Assembly: GCA_043810775.1 (NCBI GenBank)
Contig: JBDRNU010000011.1
Span: forward strand, 1 to 54,255
Reading direction: 5' to 3'
DNA from: an archaeon
Lineage (GTDB): Archaea > Nanobdellota > Nanobdellia > Pacearchaeales > GW2011-AR1
Length of the DNA: 54,255 bases
Below are positions 1-9,027 of this stretch, in pieces. Numbering within the stretch: position 1 is the stretch's first letter; each line of letters opens with the position of its first letter. A program made the translations under genes and the position numbers. The notes under the pieces were generated by a model. That model ran no database searches, was not told the origin of the DNA, and saw only the letters and a program-made list of their open reading frames with translations.

Positions 1-822
1 AACATCAACAATAAAATATTCTCCTTGCTTATCAGTCTCATAATAATCTGATTTAGTTTTCAACATAATTGTATTTGCCTCAAGTGCATTTTTAACTTCT
101 TGTTTTATATCTTCAACTACCCATGTTTTTGGACTACAAGTTAATTCAACATCATTTACAGGAGCATATAGATAAAGAACATCTAAACCATAACTTTCAA
201 GAAAACTTTCTTGTTTTTCAGTATTATAAATTTTAATAGCTGTATTATAGAATTTTCCTAAACTTGTATCAATATCTTGATTATGATTGCTTATTCTTAC
301 ACTCTGCTCTTCAAAACTTGCTTCTAAATCTGCTTTTATATTAATATCAACATTATAATCTAAAATCTTTACATCTGCATTAATTTCCCCAACATCAATA
401 AAAAATCCTTGTTCTTGAAAATTTGAAAAATCACATTCTAAATTTTCTTCTAAATATGTTTCTAATTGTTTTTCCATATCATTTTTACTTGGGACTTGCT
501 CTTTAATAATATTATTTCCAGAAATATAATACCAATAAGGTACAGAAGTTCCTAAAAAATCAAGCTGATTTGAAACAGGTGCATAATCTGAACCAGGCTC
601 AAATTCAGGCAGATAAATATAACCACCATGTTCTTCAAGAAGACTTACTCCACTTATTGAATAATCTTCAATACAACCTAAAAACTGCTGTTCTACTGCT
701 TCAAATCTTGCAGGAATTCCTCCTAAATTTATTCTTCCTCTTATTGAAAAGAACACAATAACAGCAGCTATAATTATAATAGCTATAATTACAAATATAG
801 TAACTTGTCCTCTTTTCTCCAT
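1..822 (-). CDS. Membrane-anchored/secreted protein with class III-like (pilin-type) signal, runs off the left edge
   Basis: Manually translated from ATG at 822: MEKRGQVTIFVIIAIIIIAAVIVFFSIRG...CIEDYSISGVSLLEEHGGYIY...VPYWY. The KRGQ plus hydrophobic stretch is typical of archaeal class III signals. Absent from the ORF track, consistent with truncation. Confidence 0.75.
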   Translation of the reverse strand, partial: MEKRGQVTIFVIIAIIIIAAVIVFFSIRGRINLGGIPARFEAVEQQFLGCIEDYSISGVSLLEEHGGYIYLPEFEPGSDYAPVSNQLDFLGTSVPYWYYISGNNIIKEQVPSKNDMEKQLETYLEENLECDFSNFQEQGFFIDVGEINADVKILDYNVDINIKADLEASFEEQSVRISNHNQDIDTSLGKFYNTAIKIYNTEKQESFLESYGLDVLYLYAPVNDVELTCSPKTWVVEDIKQEVKNALEANTIMLKTKSDYYETDKQGEYFIVDV

Positions 823-948
823 GCAAAATTAAAGAAAATAGTATATATAAAGTTTGCCAACTTTTTTCAGTAGGTTTTAACCTGCTTTCTTTTGTTTCTT
901 TGTATTAGATTTATCTGTTGTATTTGCCAACTTTTCCAAAGTTGGAAA

Positions 949-1019
949 TGGTCCTACCAAGAATCGAACTTGGGACTCATCGACGTCAACGATGTGTTTT
1001 GCCACTAGACCACAGGACC
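949..1019 (-). tRNA. tRNA-Val(GAC)
   Basis: Minus strand GGTCCTGTGGTCTAGTGG...CATCG-TT-GAC-GT-CGATG...CCAAGTTCGATTCTTGG-TAGGACC-A forms a cloverleaf with anticodon GAC. Confidence 0.92.
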
Positions 1020-1087
1020 TGTAGCTAAACTATTACAGAGATAAAGCTTTAAATACCTTATTTTTTAAGTATGTAAGAGACAATAAG

Positions 1088-1411
1088 ATGAAAATTCCCA
1101 AAAAAATACAAAGATTTTGTCCTTTTTGTAAGAAAAAAACAGAACATAAAGTTGCTGATATTAGCAGCGCAGGTAAAAGAGGAGCAACTAAAAGAGGAAG
1201 TATACAAAGAGCAAGGAAAAGAGGATTAGGAAGAGGAAAAGGCAATTTAGGAAAATGGGGTAGTAAACCTGCAGTATCAAAACATAAAAGAAAATCAAAA
1301 ACAAGTAAAAAGACTAATTTAATGTACACATGTCAAGAATGTAAAAAATCACATTATCAGAAAAAAGGAACAAGAACCGGTAAATTACAAATAGAGGACA
1401 AACAAAAGTAA
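1088..1411 (+). CDS. rpl44e: 50S ribosomal protein L44e (eL42)
   Basis: MKIPKKIQRFCPFCKKKTEH...YTCQECKK zinc ribbon, very basic. Confidence 0.93.
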   Translation: MKIPKKIQRFCPFCKKKTEHKVADISSAGKRGATKRGSIQRARKRGLGRGKGNLGKWGSKPAVSKHKRKSKTSKKTNLMYTCQECKKSHYQKKGTRTGKLQIEDKQK

Positions 1412-1412
1412 A

Positions 1413-2051
1413 ATGGTACGAAAGAAAAAATTTTTTGAAATTGAACTTCCAATTATAAATCAAAAAATAGAATTATATGCTTATGAAGAAGAAGAATTAA
1501 TAGGAAAAACAGTGAAAATTGATTTAACAAGAAAATTAAGAGGAAAAAGTTTAGAAATAATTTTTAAGATTAATAAAAATGGAGAAAAACTAAAACCAGA
1601 GCCTCAAAGATTACATCTTCTTGGATATTTTATCAGAAGAATGATGAGAAAATCTATAAGTTATGTAGAAGATTCTTTTTCAGTACAATGTAAAAATGCT
1701 AAATTAAAAATAAAACCTTTTTTAATAACTAGAAAAAAAGTCTCAAGAGCAGTAAGAAAAGCTTTAAGAGAAAAAGTTAAAGAAGAAATAGAAAAACAAG
1801 TAAAAGATAAAAAATATCAAGATATTTTCTCTGAATTACTTGAAAACAAGTTTCAAAAAAATTTAAGTATAAAACTAAAAAAAGTTTACCCACTTTCTCT
1901 ATGTGAAATCAGAGATTTTTTCATAGAAAACAAACCTGAAGAAAGGACAAAGACTAAAACAACAAAACAAAAAGCAAAGCCTGAGGATAAACCTGAGGCA
2001 GAACCAATGGAAAAAACAGAAACTCAAAAAGAAACCAAAGAAACAAAGTAA
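1413..2051 (+). CDS. rps3ae: 30S ribosomal protein S3Ae (eS1)
   Basis: LIGKTVKIDL, YFIRRMMRKSISYVEDSF and KKVYPLSLCEIR motifs match eS1. Confidence 0.88.
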   Translation: MVRKKKFFEIELPIINQKIELYAYEEEELIGKTVKIDLTRKLRGKSLEIIFKINKNGEKLKPEPQRLHLLGYFIRRMMRKSISYVEDSFSVQCKNAKLKIKPFLITRKKVSRAVRKALREKVKEEIEKQVKDKKYQDIFSELLENKFQKNLSIKLKKVYPLSLCEIRDFFIENKPEERTKTKTTKQKAKPEDKPEAEPMEKTETQKETKETK

Positions 2052-2084
2052 GATTTAAAAGTCATCTTTTTCTCATTTATCTAT

Positions 2085-2170
2085 GCCTGTGTAGCTCAGT
2101 GGCAGAGCAATTGCCTTGTACTTAAAAACAAGCAAGCAATAGGTCGGGGGTTCAAATCCCTCCACAGGCT
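2085..2170 (+). tRNA. tRNA-Thr(TGT) with 14-nt intron at 37/38 (2121-2134)
   Basis: GCCTGTGTAGCTCAGTGG...ATTGC-CT-TGT-A[CTTAAAAACAAGCA]A-GCAAT...GGTTCAAATCC...CACAGGC-T. CTTG/CAAG central helix with 3-nt bulges fits a BHB. Confidence 0.92.
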
Positions 2171-2197
2171 TTTCTGAATTTGAACTGCAGAGGTTTC

Positions 2198-2752
2198 TTA
2201 ATCACCACCAACAACTTCTGCCTTTTTTGCATCAACTAAAATATTAGCAATTTCTTCTGGAAGATTTGCAAGTTCACCTTTTTCAAAGGGCCCGACTTTT
2301 TCTCCAGTCATATCTAAAAACTCATCAACATCTTCTTTAAAATTAACTAAAACATGTTTTGTCTCATCTTTTTCACCAGAAAAAAAAGTCTCAATTTCTT
2401 TACCACTTTCTTCCATACTCTTAACAATTGTATCAAACATGGTTTTTTCAGAATCTAACATATTTTCAAAATCTCTTTTACTAATTCCAGTCTCTCCTGC
2501 AATAAAAGCAAGATTCAAGAGTTTCTTTTTTCTCCTGGTCATTAATTCTTTAAATATAGAAATAGCATTTTCAAGTTGTTTTTTTATTTTTACAACAGCA
2601 TCAGAAAACAAATCACCACTTTTCTCAGAAGCTAGCTTTTTCTCTTTCAAATATTCAGCTACCTCTTTAATAAATTTCTTCTTAAGAGGCTGTAATTGTT
2701 CAGAATATTTCTCTTTTCTCAAAGCCTCATAAATATCATTATAAGTTATCAT
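2198..2752 (-). CDS. DNA replication GINS family protein (Gins51/Gins15-like)
   Basis: LRKEK...LQPL...RRKKKLL A domain and C-terminal GPFEKGELANLPEEIANILV B domain. Confidence 0.85.
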   Translation of the reverse strand: MITYNDIYEALRKEKYSEQLQPLKKKFIKEVAEYLKEKKLASEKSGDLFSDAVVKIKKQLENAISIFKELMTRRKKKLLNLAFIAGETGISKRDFENMLDSEKTMFDTIVKSMEESGKEIETFFSGEKDETKHVLVNFKEDVDEFLDMTGEKVGPFEKGELANLPEEIANILVDAKKAEVVGGD

Positions 2753-3354
2753 TGTTTTAGATAATCAGGAATAGGGTATTTTTTATATTCTTTTAGCAAG
2801 CTCTTACCATGAACAAGTCTTGAGAAGCACTCCGCAGTTAGTTTTGAGTCTTCTAATGCATTATGAATTCCTCTTTCATCCCTCATACCTACAAAAGAAA
2901 GAATATTCCTAAGACCCATATCACTCTTCCCCTCTTTCTCTAAAAATTTGTTATGAATTTGAAAATATTTAATATTAGCTATACTATGCAAATCAAATGC
3001 TCTATAATGAAAAGGAATTTTCAAGCCATATTTTCTTGCTTTTACACTAATAAAAGCATGGTCAAACTGGGGATTTTGGCATATAAAATTATTAGATTGT
3101 CTCTTCTCAACCCACTTCAAAAAATTAGTAATTAATTGTTTTTGGCTCTGTTTTAATTTGTCTTTTAACTCCTTCTCAGTCTTTCCTGTTACTTCAAAAA
3201 CAGTCCTTTTACCCTCACTTATAATTTGCTCGTCATCATCAATTCTTCCTTCCTCCAAGAATTCCTCCATTGTTTCCAAATCCACAGCCCCAATCTGCCA
3301 TATCCCACATTTCACAAAGTCCATACCACTAGTTTCAATATCTACCACTATCAT
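2749..3354 (-). CDS. DEDDh 3'-5' exonuclease
   Basis: VDIETSG (ExoI), QNPQFD (ExoII), HNALED (ExoIII). Confidence 0.88.
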   Translation of the reverse strand: MIVVDIETSGMDFVKCGIWQIGAVDLETMEEFLEEGRIDDDEQIISEGKRTVFEVTGKTEKELKDKLKQSQKQLITNFLKWVEKRQSNNFICQNPQFDHAFISVKARKYGLKIPFHYRAFDLHSIANIKYFQIHNKFLEKEGKSDMGLRNILSFVGMRDERGIHNALEDSKLTAECFSRLVHGKSLLKEYKKYPIPDYLKQ

Positions 3355-3401
3355 AAATTCCTAAGAACAAACTAGTTTAAAATCATTATTATACTCAAAA
3401 A

Positions 3402-4649
3402 TTACCTAGAAAAGCCTATTTTATCCAATAGCTCTCTGCCATAAATCTTTCCCAGTCTTCCTTTTCTTGCCTCTTTTTCACTAAACTTAATCTCTTGATT
3501 AGCATGCCAATCACAAACTAATATAGGTACAGGATCTCCTGAATGGCTCTTCATCTTACAAGGAGTACTATGATCTCCAGTGACTACTACTTTTGCCTTA
3601 TGCTTAATTGCCAGTTTAGAAAGATAAGAAAAAAACAGCTTATCTAACTCCTCTATCATCTTAACTTTTTCATGAGGCTTATTATCATGCCCGGGAACGT
3701 CAGTTTCTTTAAAATGAATATAAAAATAGTCATACTTTCTGCACTTTTTCTTAAGCATTTTTTTCGCAAATTTTGCTGCTTTTTCTAAACCAGCGTGCAA
3801 ATTCTTGTACACATCATAATCCTTAAACGCTGGATACTCAAAATCCAAAACATCCATACCAGCAGCTTTAGCAATCCCGATTTCCAAAGGCATATAAACA
3901 ATACCCGCCCACTTTTTCATCTGCTTTAATTTAGGAATTTCTACTCCTGCATCTCTGGTAAGCAGAATATTGGCAGGAAGCATTCCTTTTTTTCTTCTCT
4001 GTTCATTTACAGGATGCTTGTCAAGCACCTGAAAAGACTGGCTAATAAACATATTTACAATATTTGCAGTATATTCTGTATTCTCTTTCTCATCAAGAGC
4101 TTGGCAAAATCTCAGCTTATCACTTGGCTTGAATTTTCCCTTTTCACCATAAGAAGGATCAGTATTTGAAACATTATCTGAAAATCCTCCCTTCAAAATC
4201 AAAATTCCCCTATGCTGAATAGTTGGTTTAAAGAAAAATTTACATGGTAATTTCACTTGTTTATTAATTGATTTAGCTAAAATTTCAGCATCACTAGTAG
4301 TTAAAGTTCTGCCAGCTCTTCTGTCTGTAACATTGCCTTTTTCAAGATTATCTATTGTTGCAAAATTAGTTCTTAATGCAAGATCACCTCTAATTGCTCC
4401 AATCCCTGCGCCAAGAGCTTCTAGCTGCCCCCTTAACGAGATTCTTGGGTCATTTCCAAGTAGAGAGAGAGTTGCAGTGTCAGATTCAGTTGAAATATTT
4501 TCCTTAATAGGGTACATATATCCTATCTCCCCATTTTTAGCTAAGAAATCTATTGCTGGTTTCTCTGCTGCTTCTAATGGTGTTTTTCCCTTTAATTGAT
4601 CTGAAGGCAAATCTCCAATTCCTCCTAAAATTACAAGTACTCCTTTCAT
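3402..4649 (-). CDS. apgM: 2,3-BPG-independent phosphoglycerate mutase family (ApgM-like)
   Basis: GKTPLEAA, SDTATLSLLG, DRRAGR, HFKETDVPGHD, TGDHSTP and HSGDPVP motifs. The N-terminal metal Asp appears replaced by Gly. Confidence 0.85.
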   Translation of the reverse strand: MKGVLVILGGIGDLPSDQLKGKTPLEAAEKPAIDFLAKNGEIGYMYPIKENISTESDTATLSLLGNDPRISLRGQLEALGAGIGAIRGDLALRTNFATIDNLEKGNVTDRRAGRTLTTSDAEILAKSINKQVKLPCKFFFKPTIQHRGILILKGGFSDNVSNTDPSYGEKGKFKPSDKLRFCQALDEKENTEYTANIVNMFISQSFQVLDKHPVNEQRRKKGMLPANILLTRDAGVEIPKLKQMKKWAGIVYMPLEIGIAKAAGMDVLDFEYPAFKDYDVYKNLHAGLEKAAKFAKKMLKKKCRKYDYFYIHFKETDVPGHDNKPHEKVKMIEELDKLFFSYLSKLAIKHKAKVVVTGDHSTPCKMKSHSGDPVPILVCDWHANQEIKFSEKEARKGRLGKIYGRELLDKIGFSR

Positions 4650-4687
4650 CCCAATCTAAGAAATAAATAATTTATAAAGATTTATGT

Positions 4688-5371
4688 TCAAACGTCTATA
4701 GTATATTTATAGTATTTATCATAAGGAATAAACCATTTTGTTGTCTCTTCTTTAGAAGCATTTTCAATAATTTTCCTGAATAATCTTATTGAATTTCCAT
4801 GTGCAGAAATAGCCACATTAACCTTATTTTTCTTCATATATTTCTTCAAATCTCTGATAAATGATTTAACTCTTTTTTCAACGTCAGCAAAAGACTCACC
4901 ATTTGGAACAGCAAGATTATATCCTCTATGAACAGCATTATACTCTTCCTCTCCCAAAAATCTTTCCACACTTTTTCTTAATCTTGGGGATAAATTCTCA
5001 ATTGCATCACCCTCAACTCTTAAATCATATTGTTGTTTCCCAAGTTTTTCAATAAAACTTTTATGGCTTACTCCCTCTAAAATTCCATAACTTCTCTCAA
5101 CCATCCTGTCATCTTTGATTAATTTCTTGCACTCAGGATGATATTTCAAGACCTCCTTTAAAGTATCTCTCGATCTTGATAATCTTGTATAAAAAGCAGC
5201 TTGAAACTTTTTATTCTTCAGATTCCTGGCAATTATCTTTGCCTGCTTTACTCCTTTTGGACTAAGTTTTGAGTCCTTCCAGCCAGTAAATATTCCCTTC
5301 TGATTATAATAAGTCTGGCCATGCCTAAAAATATAAATTTGTAGTTTCATCTCTTTTAACCAAAAAAGCAA
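4688..5371 (-). CDS. gpmA: Histidine phosphatase family, 2,3-BPG-dependent phosphoglycerate mutase-like
   Basis: RHGQT, FTGWKD, ERSYG and AHGNSIR motifs. True start may be the second Met (MKLQIY). Confidence 0.8.
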   Translation of the reverse strand: MLFWLKEMKLQIYIFRHGQTYYNQKGIFTGWKDSKLSPKGVKQAKIIARNLKNKKFQAAFYTRLSRSRDTLKEVLKYHPECKKLIKDDRMVERSYGILEGVSHKSFIEKLGKQQYDLRVEGDAIENLSPRLRKSVERFLGEEEYNAVHRGYNLAVPNGESFADVEKRVKSFIRDLKKYMKKNKVNVAISAHGNSIRLFRKIIENASKEETTKWFIPYDKYYKYTIDV

Positions 5372-5449
5372 ATCTAATATATAAAACTTTCTCAGTGCAA
5401 AAAATTTGCATTTCTGAAGATTTATAAATGTCTTACTTCTAACTCTAAT

Positions 5450-6571
5450 ATGTTTAAAAATTTAAAAGATAAATTGAAAGGATGGTTTTCCTCAGCAGGA
5501 AAAAAAGCTGCCGAGCCAGTTGAAGAGCCTTTAGTTGAGACTATACAAAAAAAACCAGTTGAGCAAGCTAAAAAAGTCAAGGAAAAGAAGATACAAATTA
5601 AAGAAGAACCAGAAATTAAAGAGGAAAAACAAGAACCAGAAGTAGAAGTTCAAGAACTAATTGAAGAGGTGGCTGAAAAGCCAGTTGAAAAGCCAAGAGA
5701 AAAAAAAGGTATATTTAAGGGCTTATTTAAAAAAACCTATACAATTCATCAAGAATATATAGAAGAAATCTTTCCACCACTAGAAGAGCTTCTCCTAGAA
5801 AATAATGTAGCTCTTCAAGTAGTTGATAAAATAAAGCGGGAAATGGAAAAAGATTTAGTTGACCTTACAGTTGACAAAAAGAATCTTGAGCAGGAAGTGA
5901 AAAAAGTTTTTAAGAAAATAGTTTCAGATCTGTTATTAGAACCTTTTGACCTAATTGAGAAAATTAAAGAAAAAGAAGGCACATTTATAATGCTTTTTTT
6001 TGGAATAAATGGCTCAGGAAAAACAACCACCATAGCCAAGCTCGCCTCTCTATTGAAAAAAAACAATATATCCTCAGTATTTGCAGCTTCAGATACATTC
6101 AGGGCTGCTTCAATTGAACAGCTGCAAAAACATGGTGAAGTTTTAAAAATTAAAGTTATTAAACAGCACTATGAAGCTGACCCAACAGCAGTAGCTTACG
6201 ATGCAATAGAACATGCCCGTGCTCATAAAATCAAAGTAGTGCTAATTGACACAGCAGGAAGAATGCATACTAAGGACAATCTAATGAAGGAAATGCAAAA
6301 AATTTCCCGAGTAACTAAACCAGACTTGAAAATTTTCATCGGAGAGTCTATTACTGGAAATGATGCCACTAACCAAGCCAAAATGTTCAGTGATACAATA
6401 GGCATAGATGGTATAATTTTAAGTAAAGCTGACGTTGATGAAAAATCAGGAACAGTGCTATCTGTAAGCGAAGTCACTGGAAAGCCAATTCTATATCTCG
6501 GCACAGGTCAAGAGTACTCCAATTTGGAATTATTCAATAAAGAAAAAGTTCTGAAAAGCCTAGATTTATGA
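5450..6571 (+). CDS. ftsY: Signal recognition particle receptor FtsY
   Basis: Acidic N-terminal region, GINGSGKTTT, DTFRAAS, DTAGR, GTGQEY. Confidence 0.96.
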   Translation: MFKNLKDKLKGWFSSAGKKAAEPVEEPLVETIQKKPVEQAKKVKEKKIQIKEEPEIKEEKQEPEVEVQELIEEVAEKPVEKPREKKGIFKGLFKKTYTIHQEYIEEIFPPLEELLLENNVALQVVDKIKREMEKDLVDLTVDKKNLEQEVKKVFKKIVSDLLLEPFDLIEKIKEKEGTFIMLFFGINGSGKTTTIAKLASLLKKNNISSVFAASDTFRAASIEQLQKHGEVLKIKVIKQHYEADPTAVAYDAIEHARAHKIKVVLIDTAGRMHTKDNLMKEMQKISRVTKPDLKIFIGESITGNDATNQAKMFSDTIGIDGIILSKADVDEKSGTVLSVSEVTGKPILYLGTGQEYSNLELFNKEKVLKSLDL

Positions 6572-6942
6572 TGAAAGAAAAATTAATAAATTCCTTCTGG
6601 AGAGAAGGAAAATATATAGACTCATGGTCAATAATACATCTATTATCAGGTTTTGGGCTTGGAGTAATTTTATTATTGATTCTTAAGTTGCCTTTCTTAA
6701 ACACAATTCTAGTAACAATAAGCCTACTTATCCTAGCTGAAATACTAGAACCTGCGAAAGAGACAATAGAAAATAGAATCTCAGATGTTTTAATAGGATT
6801 CCTAGGATTTATCTTAGCATTCATTGCATACTTAAACCTGAATAAAGAAATTCTACTAATTACTTCTACATTTATGTTCCTAATATGGGGAACTTTAAAT
6901 ATAATTGGATGGAAAACACTAATCAAGTCTAATAAATCATGA
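6568..6942 (+). CDS. Small multi-pass membrane protein
   Basis: Overlaps the ftsY stop (ATGA); about 4 hydrophobic segments; DxWSxxH motif. Confidence 0.7.
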   Translation: MMKEKLINSFWREGKYIDSWSIIHLLSGFGLGVILLLILKLPFLNTILVTISLLILAEILEPAKETIENRISDVLIGFLGFILAFIAYLNLNKEILLITSTFMFLIWGTLNIIGWKTLIKSNKS

Positions 6943-7167
6943 TTTTTCAGAAATAAGATAGCTTCCCCAGCTTAAAATTATAACTAGCCCAATTAACAAG
7001 AAAAAAACTCCAGTAAAATTAGTTGCAGTTTCATTCATCTCTCCAGATATAGTAAAGCCAGTTAAAGCTGAAAATGAGTTAAATAGAAGAAATACTCCTG
7101 CAAAAACTATAATTACACCTAATGCTAGAAAAACAACACCTAATATTCTAAATAAACCCTCTTTCAT
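6937..7167 (-). CDS. Small two-TM membrane protein
   Basis: Two hydrophobic helices flanking an LTGFTI linker; TATA-like TTTATTAA upstream. Confidence 0.65.
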   Translation of the reverse strand: MKEGLFRILGVVFLALGVIIVFAGVFLLFNSFSALTGFTISGEMNETATNFTGVFFLLIGLVIILSWGSYLISEKS

Positions 7168-7235
7168 TAATAAAATAAGAAACCTTATTTAATAAACTTT
7201 TCTCATAGTAAAATCTAGCCTCCATTCACCATTTT

Positions 7236-8162
7236 TTATGGGAGTTTTTCTATTTCTTTTATCTCACCACTATAAGGATTTATCTCAATTTTTCTACGAG
7301 AAGCAGGAACTATAATATCTTTATATTCTGGCTCTACCCAGACATCCTTGTAATATCCCTCTTTAACTTTTACTTTAGTCTTCTTTGTAAAAGTATCTTT
7401 AGTATCATCCCAGTGTTCTTTATTAGTAAATGGTAAAAATAAAGTTCCCATTATAGTTCTAGGAATCCCATACATTATTCCATTTTCAATATCAGCTACC
7501 TCTCTTTCTTCATACTCTGGCTCTACCCATTGCTTATCATAATGCCCTTCACTAATTAATCTTCTTTCAACTCTCTTAGAAACATTCTCAACCGCAGTAT
7601 AATTAAAAGATTTTATATCTTTAAGCAATTTTTCCTCGCCAGGAAAATCATCTTTTTTAATATCAGAATATAATCTTCTTATATTTGATTGAATTTCACC
7701 AGGAGGAAATCTGGCTGGACTTTTTTTAATTTGATCAAATCTTTCCATATATTCAGATTTTTTGTTTAGTTTTGCAATTTCTGGGTCTATAGTCTCATCA
7801 TCATATCTAGTAACTAACTCACCAAGTGAACCAAACCTGCCAGACCATTCTTTAGCTAATTTTTTCTGAAGTTCTTCGCTAATTCTATCAGCTTCCTGAA
7901 TATTTCCAGCTGAAACACTCTGTTCAACCTGTTTAAATTCACCGTGATACTCTAAATATCTTTTCTGCCTCCTATCCTGAGTGTCCTTTACACCAGCAAA
8001 AGCTATTAATGAAGCTAATCCAATATAAAATAATAAATGTAAAGTTGGTGCAAAATCAAATTTACGTTTAGCTTTAATTGGGCTAACTTCCGTTTTAGGC
8101 TGTTCAGATTGTTCAATTTTTCCAAAATTTACTAACTCTTCCTCTAGATTATCCATCTTCAA
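7236..8162 (-). CDS. NLEEEL-leader, single-TM protein of the PY(S/T)GE family
   Basis: MDNLEEELVNF (likely ATG at 8156); TM LHLLFYIGLASLIAFAGV; internal repeat EG(H/Y)YxxxWVEPEY; ends INPYSGEIKEI. Confidence 0.8.
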   Translation of the reverse strand: MKMDNLEEELVNFGKIEQSEQPKTEVSPIKAKRKFDFAPTLHLLFYIGLASLIAFAGVKDTQDRRQKRYLEYHGEFKQVEQSVSAGNIQEADRISEELQKKLAKEWSGRFGSLGELVTRYDDETIDPEIAKLNKKSEYMERFDQIKKSPARFPPGEIQSNIRRLYSDIKKDDFPGEEKLLKDIKSFNYTAVENVSKRVERRLISEGHYDKQWVEPEYEEREVADIENGIMYGIPRTIMGTLFLPFTNKEHWDDTKDTFTKKTKVKVKEGYYKDVWVEPEYKDIIVPASRRKIEINPYSGEIKEIEKLP

Positions 8163-8997
8163 TCAATCCATACTTTTTCCACATAGGAACTTTTCTTGCA
8201 ATTCTCTCTGCCTCTTCCCTACTCATTTTCCCATTATTTACATCATCTTGCATAATCCCCATAATACTTTCAAAATCTTCATCGCCCCTATGCACTTTTC
8301 TCATGCTTTTTTCAGCTTTACGGGAGAAAAAACCAGGAGTATAACTTGAAGAAGTAGTTGGAAAACCACTACTCTCTGTCTGCCTCATTAAATCAAAAGC
8401 TTTAGGAAGATTTCTGGAAATTTCATCTATTTTCCTCCAATCTAAATCCTCACCTTGATCTGCTCTATCTGATAAACCTTTAATTACATGAGGTAATAAA
8501 CCAGGATCTACCACTTTTCCTAAATTTTCCTGAATTTGAGATAATAAAGGGTTCGAAGTTCTTGGAGGAATATAAGGTTCTGCAGGTTTACCATATAGCA
8601 CTTCATCTGCAAGTTTTTGATACTCAGGAGAAATGCCAGGAATTCGTGATTTTAGCTCAGGATTTATAAGTTCAATCTTCTCTCCAGAAGGTGTATGGAA
8701 CATATCTATAGGTCTAAGTTCTGGTTCAGGAAAAATATCTCTAACTTCATCTGAATCAGGAAAGCCATATCTTTTCCTGTAATCTCTAACAGCTTCGATT
8801 GCTTTTCTTAGAGCAGTATCTTTATCTGGTTTTCCAGTAACTCCATCATAATCTCTCTTTGCTTTTTTAAATTCCTCAGGAGTAGGACTTTCAGCTTCTT
8901 TGCTCAATTCAACTAGCTCTTGTTCTAGATTTTCAGGCTGTTCAGATTGTTCAATTCTTCCAAAATTTACTAATTCTTCCTCTAAATTTTCGCTCAT
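8149..8997 (-). CDS. Soluble hypothetical protein with two tandem NLE(E/Q)EL leaders
   Basis: MSENLEEELVNFGRIEQSEQP-ENLEQELVELSKEAE; no TM. Confidence 0.8.
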   Translation of the reverse strand: MSENLEEELVNFGRIEQSEQPENLEQELVELSKEAESPTPEEFKKAKRDYDGVTGKPDKDTALRKAIEAVRDYRKRYGFPDSDEVRDIFPEPELRPIDMFHTPSGEKIELINPELKSRIPGISPEYQKLADEVLYGKPAEPYIPPRTSNPLLSQIQENLGKVVDPGLLPHVIKGLSDRADQGEDLDWRKIDEISRNLPKAFDLMRQTESSGFPTTSSSYTPGFFSRKAEKSMRKVHRGDEDFESIMGIMQDDVNNGKMSREEAERIARKVPMWKKYGLIEDG

Positions 8998-9027
8998 TTT
9001 CTTATAAATCTAATTTTATATTTAATT

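Noticed and set aside
570-761. 63-aa plus-strand ORF
   Set aside because: Antisense to the longer minus-strand CDS 1-822.
2121-2134. tRNA introns as a novelty (also 40048-40063)
   Set aside because: Canonical 37/38 BHB introns, ordinary in archaea.
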